From NCBI GenBank assembly GCA_011772495.1, contig WVZL01000003.1, forward strand, positions 370-64,369: a stretch of 64,000 bases of DNA, in the 5' to 3' direction. Position numbers and translations under genes: made by a program. Of the stretch, positions 29,780 through 39,144 are shown in pieces. The stretch is from Candidatus Aminicenantes bacterium (GTDB lineage: Bacteria > Acidobacteriota > Aminicenantia > Aminicenantales > Aminicenantaceae). The notes below the pieces were generated by a model. The model searched no databases. It saw only the letters and a program-made list of their open reading frames with translations, and was not told the origin of the DNA. Positions within the stretch are counted from its first letter, which is position 1, and each line of letters starts with the position of its first letter.

Positions 29780-31246
29780 TTATTTATATCTCTCTAGCAG
29801 GCCTGTTTTTTCGTTAAATTCCCTGATGAGTTTGTCCCACTCCGTGTGAGAACGATATTTATCTTTCCAGTAATTCTCATCGTACCATTGGCGGTCCAAC
29901 TCTTCCACGTCTTTCCCGAGTTGTTCGACCCAAGTAAAGTATTTGAGATTATGCATTCTCTTTTTATCCCAATAACTGAGTTCGAGCATATGGTCTGTGG
30001 TAATGCTCATCAAACAGCTATCAAAATCCACAGCCGCTTGATGTTCGGTGTAATTCCCTCGCTCTTTCCTTAATTCTTCAATCCTGGATTGGTAGAGTTC
30101 CATGGAATCTGTTGCGATCGTGAAGACCATATCATCTTTATTCATTTCATAGTATTTCGCCATTTTTACGGCGCCTATCAAGTTGGCTATCGATGAGATT
30201 CCCAAGAGCTCCAGCTTTTCTACTGACTTGTCCGGGATTCTTCTGGATTTGATATAGCTTTTTCCTTCAGGTTCATTAAAAAGCCGGACAATTCTCAGGC
30301 ACTGCTCATCATCGATTCCTGCGACCATGTCCATGTTCCTCAGATTGTGAATCCACGGTATATGCTTATCTCCGATTCCTTCAATCCTGTGGGAGCCATA
30401 TCCGTTGTAAAGGAGTGTGGGACACTGCAAAGCTTCTCCGGCGCAAACCTTTATCGGGGGAAATTTCTCTCGAAGATAGTCTGCTGAACCCAATGTTCCT
30501 GTGGAACCCTGTGTCAGAAAAAGAGCAGTCAATCTTTGGTTTTCTGTTTTTTTACGCTTATACACCTCTTCAATTGCATGGCCAGTACACACATAATGCC
30601 AGATGGCATTTCCAATCTCCTCAAACTGATTCAAGATGACAATCTCATCCGGTCGTTCTCTTCTGAGCTCGAAGCTCTTGTCATAGACCTCTTTGACATT
30701 GCTTTCCGAACCAGGAGTGGCATGAATTTCAGCACCGATTTTTTCCAGCCATTCGAATCTTTCCCGAGACATCCCCTCTGGGAGTACGGCGATACTGGGA
30801 CAGGCAAGAAGATAGGAATCGTAGGCTCCGCCTCGACAGTAATTTCCAGTAGAAGGCCATAATGCTTTCTGAGTCGTCGGATCAAAAGCACCTCTCACCA
30901 ATTTTTCCACCAGGGGGCCGAAGGTGGCCCCGACTTTATGGGAGCCCGTCGGGAAATATTTTCCGATAAGCATTATGATTCTAGCTTTAATGCCTGTTAA
31001 TTCCTTCGGGATTTCCAGGTAATTCACGTCGCCAAAACCGCCTCCGGATTTTATTGGTTCATTCTTCCAGGTGATCCTGAAAAGGTTTCTTGAATGAAGA
31101 TCCCATAGTCCAATGTTTCGAAGTTCTTCCTTTATGCCTTGGGGTATTTTTTCGGGATGAGCCATTTCCTCGTAAGTGGGAATAATGATATCTCTTTCCC
31201 GGCATCTCTTTATAGTATTCTCCAGAACTTTTCTTGGGTCGTTCAT
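29780..31246 (-). CDS. fold-type II PLP enzyme, long TrpB-like form (PLP-dependent lyase/thiolase-type)
   Basis: 488 aa with no signal peptide. FPTGSHKVGATFG resembles the TrpB HTG[AS]HK PLP-lysine motif, and it also has WPSTGNYCRGGA. The exact family is not recognised. Confidence 0.6.
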   Translation of the reverse strand: MNDPRKVLENTIKRCRERDIIIPTYEEMAHPEKIPQGIKEELRNIGLWDLHSRNLFRITWKNEPIKSGGGFGDVNYLEIPKELTGIKARIIMLIGKYFPTGSHKVGATFGPLVEKLVRGAFDPTTQKALWPSTGNYCRGGAYDSYLLACPSIAVLPEGMSRERFEWLEKIGAEIHATPGSESNVKEVYDKSFELRRERPDEIVILNQFEEIGNAIWHYVCTGHAIEEVYKRKKTENQRLTALFLTQGSTGTLGSADYLREKFPPIKVCAGEALQCPTLLYNGYGSHRIEGIGDKHIPWIHNLRNMDMVAGIDDEQCLRIVRLFNEPEGKSYIKSRRIPDKSVEKLELLGISSIANLIGAVKMAKYYEMNKDDMVFTIATDSMELYQSRIEELRKERGNYTEHQAAVDFDSCLMSITTDHMLELSYWDKKRMHNLKYFTWVEQLGKDVEELDRQWYDENYWKDKYRSHTEWDKLIREFNEKTGLLERYK

Positions 31247-31329
31247 CCCATATCTCCTGTTTTCATTACGGTCATAAAATTCAATTTATATACTGCTTTT
31301 CCACGGAGGAAAATGAAGGGCTTAGAATC

Positions 31330-32469
31330 TTAGAAACCCTCAATTTGCTTCGGGAAGTAATCTTCACAGGTTCCCTCCCGGTAAACATCTGCTGTGCAGC
31401 AGTGAAGTCCGCCCCCAAACGGGGACACTTTATAGAACGGGACTGGAACGATTTCAAAGCCATGTTTATCGAGCATTTCCATGGTAGGGGTCTCACTGGC
31501 CTCAACACAGATGGTCTTGGGATCGAGTACAAGGGTATTCATGCTTAGCCACCAGCTGCAGAAATCCAGCGGATATTTTTTCTTGAGAAGTGCTTTCGGG
31601 GCTTGCAGAATTTCCCAATCATTCTTCTTGAATAGATCTAATTCGACTTTATCTAGAGGGAGTCGTGTTGGATTCATGAGCGCCAGGCCGGGACGAAGTG
31701 GTATAAGAGTTGTGTCCATATGCCAAGGCAGTAATTCTCTGCGTCCCACCTTATGGATTCGGTGAGCAGGAAAGTGGCGCCGCAACCAGTCAATACCAGC
31801 ATCATTCGTGACCATTGACTTCTGAGCAAAAAGATCCTTTCCGTAGCGGACAACATCAGCGGCATCAAACAACGGTTCCTCTTCAGTAAGTATCCAATCG
31901 CCTTTTTCCGCACGCTCATACTGCTCTTCTTCGCTTAATGAATTCCAGGTCTTCCACCAGTCTTTCTTGTAAGAACGTTCTGTTAAACGAGGTTTTGGCG
32001 CTGCCTCAAAGCGGAAGTTTAGATCCTCTTTGAAGTATCGTTCGAACAAAGGCCGGTAGCATAGGAACTCAAACCAGCGGCTGTGGTATGACATCGTCGC
32101 TTCCAGAATTTCATTGCCAATTGTAAGCAGTATATCCCGAACAGGCGTACAACCAAACATTGTTTCCTGTTTCCAATCAGGAGTTTGAACCACCTGGTTG
32201 AAATCGATCGGAGTCGGCCGATCAACGCGCACACCGTGGCTCTCCAGAATTTTAGCAAAATTGTCTAATTGTTCGTTGGCACTCTCTACCATCTCCTGAG
32301 GGTAAGGCCCATATGTGCCTAAGGGGAATCCGTCTTTGGGCCAATCGCGTTGAATGGCGGTCTCAGGAGCTTGGACCATTGTTCCGTCAGCACAGCCGAG
32401 AATGATATGCTTTAGCGGGTCCCATTCGTTCCAGGAATTGACGATAGTTTTTTGAGCGTTTTGAGTCAT
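31330..32469 (-). CDS. amidinotransferase (glycine amidinotransferase AGAT / StrB1 family)
   Basis: 379 aa with no signal peptide. The N-terminal NSWNEWDPL and C-terminal GGGLHCCTADVYREG match AGAT motifs (SYNEWDPL ... GGSFHCWTCDVRRRG), including the catalytic Cys. Confidence 0.8.
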   Translation of the reverse strand: MTQNAQKTIVNSWNEWDPLKHIILGCADGTMVQAPETAIQRDWPKDGFPLGTYGPYPQEMVESANEQLDNFAKILESHGVRVDRPTPIDFNQVVQTPDWKQETMFGCTPVRDILLTIGNEILEATMSYHSRWFEFLCYRPLFERYFKEDLNFRFEAAPKPRLTERSYKKDWWKTWNSLSEEEQYERAEKGDWILTEEEPLFDAADVVRYGKDLFAQKSMVTNDAGIDWLRRHFPAHRIHKVGRRELLPWHMDTTLIPLRPGLALMNPTRLPLDKVELDLFKKNDWEILQAPKALLKKKYPLDFCSWWLSMNTLVLDPKTICVEASETPTMEMLDKHGFEIVPVPFYKVSPFGGGLHCCTADVYREGTCEDYFPKQIEGF

Positions 32470-32755
32470 TATTGTCTCCTTAATATAATACTGTTAAGCT
32501 ACGTATTGGGCTTCGAAATCATCACGAAGCTTATGCACCAAACAAGGAGAGCTTCTGGAATAGAAGTTGTTCCTTGACCTTTTTTGTCCTGAATTATACA
32601 GCTCTGAGGGTGTGTTTTTAGGGGGAGTTCTGAATGACGTTTTGATTGATATTTTCTGTTATCATTCCTGTAATCAATTGGACAGGTAACTATCCAGTCT
32701 CCATCACAGAACTCAATCCTCCAGGGAGAGGTCAAGACCTTCAAGCTCTAATCGA

Positions 32756-35482
32756 TTAGAATTCCAGCTTAAATCCTAACTGCAAGCTTATTGGGTCAGG
32801 GAGCCCTGATTTCTCGTAGAAAGTATCACGCCACATTTGGTTAGTCCGCCAGGATCTGAATGTAGCGTCATTGGTAGCATTGAACAGATCTAGCATAACC
32901 TTAAGTTTAAATGACCCACTAAGTAAAAAGGTTTTCTGCGCTCTTAGATTTAAGGTATAGAATGAGGGATATCTATCCTCACCTCTTGGTTTTGCAAGAA
33001 TCTCCTGCCGTCCCTGTTCAAGATCGGTTACCCTTACCACAGCCGGGCGCGGGCGGCCAGTCTGGTAGGTGAAGTAGGCACTGAGGAAAATATCCCATGG
33101 CAAGCTATAGCCACTCGAGAATTTAACCACCCACCTTTTATCATGTTGCAGGTCGCCCTTGGCGTTAATCAGATCATTTGGGTCCACTCCAAAGTCTCCA
33201 GCATAACTCAACAATGTGTGTTGGCCTATTGATTTTCCCAACATATTTAAACCGGTCGAATGACTCCAAACGAGAGAAGCGTTCATCATCCACTTTCGTG
33301 AATACTTCTTGTCCAAACTTAGAATAAATCCATCGTATTCTTGAGCATAATCTTCTGGATTCGTCTGCCAGCTTTCCGGATAAGGACCTGTTCTGTTGAA
33401 AACCGTGTATGTTTGGCCGTTATCAGGAGAAACTCTCTGTACCTGCTCGTATTCCGTGTTTCTCCCTTCCCAGCCAAGGCTATTCCCTTCGGTTTTGCGC
33501 ATGTACATGGCTCCCAGTGAAAAGTCAGGAATAAACTCTCTCTCTAATCCAATGAATAGCTGTTCGGCATAGGGATTCTTTATGTCAGGGTCAATGATAT
33601 AACCTATTTCTCCGGGGGCAACCTCGAAGAGCTCCCATTCGCCATCCCACCATTCATACCCATACCAATCTGTGTATCCTGGTCCTGGCCAGGCAAAGTT
33701 TGAGATATGCATGGCATCATAGTAACGGCCGTAATTGGCCTTGAGAAGAGTTTTTCCATCCGGAGTTAACTGGTAGGCGATTCCGATTCGGGGCGAAAAG
33801 ACATTCCAGGTTATTAAATCATCTATTCCCGTGGCGTTTACACTGGTTTTTTCCCATCCATCCAATAGAGGAAGAGCAGGATAGGTGGCATTCTGGCGGT
33901 CAAACCTTAATCCAAGATTGACTGTCAGTCTGTCTCCGATGCTGATAGAATCATCCAAGAAAGCTCCGATTCGATCTACTATGCCTCCATACATATATTG
34001 TTGTTGTACATACAAAAGATAAGGTTCGCCATAATAATCTATGTAATAACCACCTCCAGGGTAGCCCCCCATGGCTTCAAGGCTTCCCCTGTTGTATTGA
34101 ACCCCTATTTTGAAGTCGTGATCTCCTCCCAGAAAATCCTCGGCAAAATAGGAGAAGCCGGCATTGACTTGATGAGTTAATATATCCCATTTGCCAGACC
34201 AGGCTGGGGCATTGGATAGCACTCCTGTAGCATCATCAACATGGGGTTTTTTGTTGAGGTCAGCACCGGCTACTGGAACATCGTAGTGATCGGGGCTCCA
34301 CCACCCGGAATATTTGATGTCAAAAAAGGAATTATCGCTTGTCACCCAGGTATACCGTGCGTTCCAAATATAAGTCTGCAGGACTTCTTTAATCACGGTT
34401 TCAGGCAAGTTCCAGGGGTCAGGAACCTCGCCAAAATCCTCGTTTTCGTAAGCAAAACTGGCGACAAGTTTGTGTTTGTTGTTTATATTGGAAGTCAGCT
34501 TGAAAAAAGCCTCGTCTTGGATGTCCTTAGCAACAAAATCAGGATCTCCCTGCCACTCTGATTCTTTAGCTCTCCGTATGTTGTAATTACCGAAGAACCA
34601 GAGTTTGTCTTTGATGATGGGGCCGCCTAAAGAGAATGACAGGTCATATCTATACCACCGCTTGAAAGACTCTGCTTCCTGATCAGGGTTATTGTCTCCG
34701 GTTGTAAAATCATATATTCCATAATGAGATGCTGACCCAGAAAATACATTCCCTCCGGATTTTGTAACGATATTAATAACAGCACCTGTTATCAATCCAT
34801 ACTCGGCAGCAGCGCCTACACCTGAGACTTCCACTTCCTCAAAAATATCTTGATTTGGGTTGGTCCAAGGAATACCCAGCTCTGGGCTGCTTTGGTCTAC
34901 TCCATCAAAATAAAAAGCATTTCCTTCGACTCCCGAACCGAAAGCCGACACCCTTAATGCCCCCGTTTCACCAAGATACAGCATGCCTGGGGCCTGTTTC
35001 ACGATATCGGCAAAGGAATGCCGTCCAGCAGGAACATTTTCCAATTCCTCAGTAGAGAAATTGGTAGACATCCCAGACTTTGTCACATCGATGACAGGGG
35101 CCTCTGCTATGACTTCAACGGCTTCCGCGATTGTCTCTGGTATCATGGATACATCTAAGGTGATAGTTGTATTGATCATCACCTTAACGTTTTCTCTTTC
35201 AACTCTCAGAAAAGCATCCAAAGTAAAAACGAGTTTGTATAAGCCAGGTGGTAAACTAACAAATCGGAACGTTCCTTTTTCTGATGTGATAGCGGTTTGT
35301 TGTCCCATTAAAGAAGGGCTTGAAGCTACAACCGTTACTCCAGATAGAGGTGCACCTTCATCATCTGTGACTACTCCTACAATTTTCCCTGTTATTATTT
35401 GTCCATAAGAAAGAGTGCTGACCGAGATGAGGAGCAAGACGGGAATAACCAAGGCAAGGATTGAGAATTTTTTAAAGCTCAT
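32756..35482 (-). CDS. TonB-dependent receptor, Oar-like (N-terminal CarboxypepD_reg domain)
   Basis: 908 aa with a signal peptide. It has GKIVGVVTDDEGAPLSGVTVV (carboxypeptidase-regulatory-like fold), a plug region and GGPIIKDKLWFF. The long beta-barrel ends in F. It has an AAGGAGG SD. Confidence 0.8.
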   Translation of the reverse strand: MSFKKFSILALVIPVLLLISVSTLSYGQIITGKIVGVVTDDEGAPLSGVTVVASSPSLMGQQTAITSEKGTFRFVSLPPGLYKLVFTLDAFLRVERENVKVMINTTITLDVSMIPETIAEAVEVIAEAPVIDVTKSGMSTNFSTEELENVPAGRHSFADIVKQAPGMLYLGETGALRVSAFGSGVEGNAFYFDGVDQSSPELGIPWTNPNQDIFEEVEVSGVGAAAEYGLITGAVINIVTKSGGNVFSGSASHYGIYDFTTGDNNPDQEAESFKRWYRYDLSFSLGGPIIKDKLWFFGNYNIRRAKESEWQGDPDFVAKDIQDEAFFKLTSNINNKHKLVASFAYENEDFGEVPDPWNLPETVIKEVLQTYIWNARYTWVTSDNSFFDIKYSGWWSPDHYDVPVAGADLNKKPHVDDATGVLSNAPAWSGKWDILTHQVNAGFSYFAEDFLGGDHDFKIGVQYNRGSLEAMGGYPGGGYYIDYYGEPYLLYVQQQYMYGGIVDRIGAFLDDSISIGDRLTVNLGLRFDRQNATYPALPLLDGWEKTSVNATGIDDLITWNVFSPRIGIAYQLTPDGKTLLKANYGRYYDAMHISNFAWPGPGYTDWYGYEWWDGEWELFEVAPGEIGYIIDPDIKNPYAEQLFIGLEREFIPDFSLGAMYMRKTEGNSLGWEGRNTEYEQVQRVSPDNGQTYTVFNRTGPYPESWQTNPEDYAQEYDGFILSLDKKYSRKWMMNASLVWSHSTGLNMLGKSIGQHTLLSYAGDFGVDPNDLINAKGDLQHDKRWVVKFSSGYSLPWDIFLSAYFTYQTGRPRPAVVRVTDLEQGRQEILAKPRGEDRYPSFYTLNLRAQKTFLLSGSFKLKVMLDLFNATNDATFRSWRTNQMWRDTFYEKSGLPDPISLQLGFKLEF

Positions 35483-36002
35483 TGTTCCTCCTTAATGAAA
35501 TTGATTCGTCCCTGAAATGAATAGAACACAAAGAACCGTTTAAAGGGAAATTTACATTTTATCCTCCTTTTCATTAATTTTCCGCAGTCTTTGGGATTCA
35601 GCTCAGGGGAGATTTGTAAAGGAAATACATTTGAGACTACGGATGTATGTCAAGCTTCTCCCATTAGTTTTTTTCTTTTTTTCTCTCCTGAAAAGAAAAT
35701 AAGTAAAAAAAATCAACATGTCAAGTTTTATAGCATTTTAAGAGACTTTATACAAAATAATCACTGAGATATGAATATATGTTAAAAAAAAAGCCTCTAA
35801 TATTGTTTAAACGTTAAATCTAGGATTTCAACTACTTTGTCAATATTTTCTTTATCCTTACTTAAGGAATTTGTGGCACCAGATCTTAGAATTAGATTAT
35901 ACCAAAATAAGCAATTTTATTGGACAATTGTTAAAAAGAACTCTAATTATGTTTACATCTTCGTGGCTGTTTGGTAATTTATTATTTGCCTGGAGGACAT
36001 TG

Positions 36003-36449
36003 ATGATAGATGAATTGGAAAGAAAAATATTAAACACTCTGAATAAGAATGCTCGTATGAGTTTTCGGCAGGCAGCTGAAGAAGTCGGGATCTCAGCAAC
36101 TACTCTATATCATAAAGTAAAAAAGCTCGAAAAATCAGGGGTATTGAAGGGATATATCCCTCTTATTGATAAAGAATGTGTGGGTTATGATTTAACGGCT
36201 ATTATTGCGCTTCGTGTCAAACAGGAGAAAGACGTTGAGGTCCAGGAAGCGATTTCTAAACTTCCCCAGGTTAGGGCTGTTTATGAAGTCACCGGAGAAT
36301 GGGATTTAATTCTTATATGTTATTTTAAAGGGCGGAAAGACCTGACTTATTTTTTAAAACAGAAACTCCCCTTATCATATGTGGAAAGAGCTATTACGCA
36401 TCTTGTCTTGAATGTGGTCAAAGAAGAGAAAAGAACTCCTTTGATATAG
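36003..36449 (+). CDS. Lrp/AsnC family transcriptional regulator
   Basis: MIDELERKILNTLNKNARMSFRQAAEEVGISATTLYHKVKKLEKSGVLKGY is the HTH, followed by a RAM-like C-domain. I moved the start from the TTG at 35871 to ATG 36003, which has GGAGG 6 nt upstream. Confidence 0.85.
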   Translation: MIDELERKILNTLNKNARMSFRQAAEEVGISATTLYHKVKKLEKSGVLKGYIPLIDKECVGYDLTAIIALRVKQEKDVEVQEAISKLPQVRAVYEVTGEWDLILICYFKGRKDLTYFLKQKLPLSYVERAITHLVLNVVKEEKRTPLI

Positions 36450-36593
36450 GCTAAAATACGAATAGATCAGAAAAGGCGAACACTGGTAAGAAATCAGAAT
36501 ACTGATATTAGTTTAGATGCATTTTTTGTCCTCTATTATGGAATTCGTATCCTTTTTAGGACATAAGGAATTCTCAATAAGGAAAAATGCTGT

Positions 36594-36609
36594 TGGCACG
36601 CGGCTTGCA
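36594..36609 (+). promoter_or_regulatory. sigma-54 -24/-12 promoter upstream of the W-rich lipoprotein gene
   Basis: TGGCACG-CGGC-TTGCA is a full consensus match. The -12 element ends 64 nt upstream of ATG 36674. Confidence 0.65.
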
Positions 36610-36673
36610 TAAATATAGACCCTGACTTGGTTTTGGAGAGTCGAATGAAAAAAAATCATGAAGGAGAAGGGCG

Positions 36674-37855
36674 ATGAAAAAATATTTTTGGATAATTCTT
36701 TTGAGTCTTTTTTTCACAGCTAGTTGTATGATGTACCTTCCTTACTGGGAAGAAGTCCCTCCTGAAGAGCCTTACGATTATTACGGCGAATTAGACACGG
36801 GTTTCTTCTATGATTATCTTTCTCCCTACGGAAGCTGGATCTATTATTCTCCTTATGGTTATGTCTGGACTCCTTACAGCCCTGGCTATGGATGGCGTCC
36901 TTATACTCGAGGTCACTGGGTCTGGACAGATTATGGTTGGACTTGGATTTCAGATTTGAGATGGGGCTGGGCTTGCTTCCATTATGGCCGCTGGGCTTGG
37001 GATAGGGGGCTCGGGTGGTTCTGGGTGCCTGGTACGACCTGGGGCCCTGCCTGGGTAACTTGGCGTTGGAGTAACACCTATATAGGATGGGCGCCGCTCC
37101 CTCCAGACATTGGTTTTGTGGGGCTAAGGATTGTTTCTCTTCCCTATGTTTTGCCGAATACCTACTGGATCTTTATCGATGGTCGTTATTTTATGAGCCC
37201 CTATGTTTATCGCTATGTTCTTCCTTTTGAAAGAAATGTGACCATCATCAATTATACGGTCATCAGGACGAATATTTATATCGAGGACTATGGGGTCGTC
37301 AATAGAGGCGTCGACCCTGATCACATCAGAAGAGTGACCCGGAGAAGTATTTCCAAATATGACCTTCGTGAGGCGAGTCAACCTGGAGTATCAAAGATTG
37401 TGGGGAACGGAGTAGAGATTTACAGGCCTTCGTTAAAAGTGAATCAGGCTGCTAAGCCCAAAAAAGTATTGAGCAAGCGGGAAGCGGAAGCGAAAATTTC
37501 CGAAGGAACGGTAGCGAAACCTGGCAGGAAGGAAATGTCTTCCAGAGAGAGGTCACGGCTTAAGGATAGACAAGAACAGGAGATGAGGCTGCTGGAGAGA
37601 AGCCAGAGAAAAGAAGTCAAAGACATTGAACTGAAGTTCAATAAGGAGAAAAAATCTGTCAAGGGATCATCTGAAAAGACCGCAGTAGAAGAAAAGCAGA
37701 AAGTCACTTTAAAAAAACTGAAGAGACAGCATGAAACAGAAAAGTCAAAGATTACGAATCGGCATACGAAGGAACGGGCTAAAGCAGTGAAGAAAAAGGT
37801 GGAGAAAGCAAAAAAGGAAGAAGATAAAAAAGCTATAAAGAAAAGGCCTAAATAG
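36674..37855 (+). CDS. Trp/Tyr/Gly-repeat lipoprotein (DUF6600-like) with Lys/Glu-rich C-terminal tail
   Basis: 393 aa with a lipobox-like FTASC. It has repeats of YGxW / WGW (YGYVWTPYSPGYGWRPYTRGHWVWTDYGWTWISDLRWGWACFHYGRWAW). The last ~130 aa are highly charged (K/E/R). Confidence 0.6.
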   Translation: MKKYFWIILLSLFFTASCMMYLPYWEEVPPEEPYDYYGELDTGFFYDYLSPYGSWIYYSPYGYVWTPYSPGYGWRPYTRGHWVWTDYGWTWISDLRWGWACFHYGRWAWDRGLGWFWVPGTTWGPAWVTWRWSNTYIGWAPLPPDIGFVGLRIVSLPYVLPNTYWIFIDGRYFMSPYVYRYVLPFERNVTIINYTVIRTNIYIEDYGVVNRGVDPDHIRRVTRRSISKYDLREASQPGVSKIVGNGVEIYRPSLKVNQAAKPKKVLSKREAEAKISEGTVAKPGRKEMSSRERSRLKDRQEQEMRLLERSQRKEVKDIELKFNKEKKSVKGSSEKTAVEEKQKVTLKKLKRQHETEKSKITNRHTKERAKAVKKKVEKAKKEEDKKAIKKRPK

Positions 37856-38255
37856 AATATTTCTTCAAGGCGATTTCAGGAATCGCCTCTGGCTTTCCTG
37901 TCTTTATGTTTATCAAAACATACACTCCATAACCCTCGGCAGCTATTCGCTCAGTCTCTTTACTTAATATTTGAAAGCAGACTTTTACACTTTTCTGTTT
38001 GATTTCCTCGACCCAAGTCCTCACGATAACTGTCTCTCCCAAGAGGACAGGTTTATGGAATTCAAGGTGAGCGCATCTTGTGGCCCAGGAATAGCCCATT
38101 TTGAAGAATTCTTCCATGGACATTTTATAGCATCTTCTCATCTGGTCGTAACGGGCGAACAGGACATAATCAAGATAAATGCTTTGATGCACATGCCTGT
38201 TAATATCTATATCGCTGGGTCGGACCCTAATCTCTGTGTCAAATTTTGTTTTCAT
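37848..38255 (-). CDS. acyl-CoA thioesterase, 4HBT/YbgC hotdog family
   Basis: 135 aa with the IRVRPSDIDINRHVHQSIYLDY motif and an AGGAGGAG SD. It overlaps the convergent upstream gene by 8 nt. Confidence 0.8.
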   Translation of the reverse strand: MKTKFDTEIRVRPSDIDINRHVHQSIYLDYVLFARYDQMRRCYKMSMEEFFKMGYSWATRCAHLEFHKPVLLGETVIVRTWVEEIKQKSVKVCFQILSKETERIAAEGYGVYVLINIKTGKPEAIPEIALKKYSI

Positions 38256-38283
38256 TCTATCTCCTCCTAAATATCAAAAGAAA

Positions 38284-39144
38284 CTAACCAGGCCTAGCCC
38301 TAGTCCTTAGGGTCACAATAAAGACTGCTCCCAGAATAACTAATCCTCCGAGAATTGTTCGAAGAGAAGGGATCTCTTTCAGAAGAGCGAAGGCCAGCCC
38401 AATTCCGTAAACAGGTTCGAGAGAGGCGATGATGCTGGCAGTTTGAGCTTTGATGTATTTCATTCCCTTGATAAACAGACTATGGGCTCCAGCGGTACAG
38501 AAGACGCCAAGAATAATCAGGAGAAATATATTTCTCGAATCATATCCAGAGGGAATAAAAAAGAGAGCTGGGAAGAGAAGGAGGGTGGCGAAAAAATCCT
38601 GGAAAAAGGTGATGACCAGGCTGGAGTACTTTTGGGAAAGGTATCTATTCAGAATCACCAGCAGAGCAAAGGTCAGGGCTGAGAGGATCCCCCAAAGCAC
38701 TCCCTGATAAATTGAATCTGACAGGTCGAATCGAGGAATTATGAGATAGACTCCGAAGAGACAGAGAAAGGCAAAGACAATGTTCAATTTCACCAGTCTT
38801 TCTTTAAAAAAAAGCGGCTCCAGGAATGCCGTGAAAATCGGGAAAATGGAATAAGAGAGAAGTCCTACGGCCACGGTTGAGACTTGGATGGATTTGAAAA
38901 ACGAGATCCAATGTATCGAGAGAATGAGTCCCAGCAGAAAGAGGAGTGAGTAATTTTTTCGTGGATATATTCTTAAGCTCTGTTTGGTGAAAAGGAAAAG
39001 AAGGGCGAGGGCCACACTGGCAAAAAAGACCCTGCCGAGCACGATGATAACAGGCGAGAGGGCGAGCCATTTTCCGAAAAGGCCTGCCAGTCCAAACAAC
39101 AAAACTGCCAGATGAATTTCAAAAAGGCTTCTTTTGCTGCTCAT
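38284..39144 (-). CDS. DMT superfamily (EamA) transporter
   Basis: 286 aa with ~10 TM helices in a duplicated EamA-type pattern. Confidence 0.8.
   Translation of the reverse strand: MSSKRSLFEIHLAVLLFGLAGLFGKWLALSPVIIVLGRVFFASVALALLFLFTKQSLRIYPRKNYSLLFLLGLILSIHWISFFKSIQVSTVAVGLLSYSIFPIFTAFLEPLFFKERLVKLNIVFAFLCLFGVYLIIPRFDLSDSIYQGVLWGILSALTFALLVILNRYLSQKYSSLVITFFQDFFATLLLFPALFFIPSGYDSRNIFLLIILGVFCTAGAHSLFIKGMKYIKAQTASIIASLEPVYGIGLAFALLKEIPSLRTILGGLVILGAVFIVTLRTRARPG

Noticed and set aside
32499-32744. An 81-aa minus-strand ORF in the 286-nt gap between the TonB receptor and the amidinotransferase.
   Set aside because: It has no SD, a Cys/Trp-rich odd composition and no family resemblance. The gap more likely holds an internal promoter (minus-strand TATAAT at 32598-32593) and leader.
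34983-35408. Many 60-160-aa ORFs lie antisense to or out of frame with large genes. Examples are 8060-8440, 15047-15496, 16859-17266, 34983-35408, 54337-54699 and 63166-63657.
   Set aside because: They are fully embedded in longer ORFs with clear family motifs, lack SD sequences and have low-complexity or odd composition. I treated them as shadow ORFs.
35871-36002. The 44-aa N-terminal extension of the Lrp/AsnC ORF, starting at TTG 35871.
   Set aside because: The extension is hydrophobic and has no counterpart in Lrp/AsnC proteins. ATG 36003 has a GGAGG SD at ideal spacing and begins exactly at the HTH domain.
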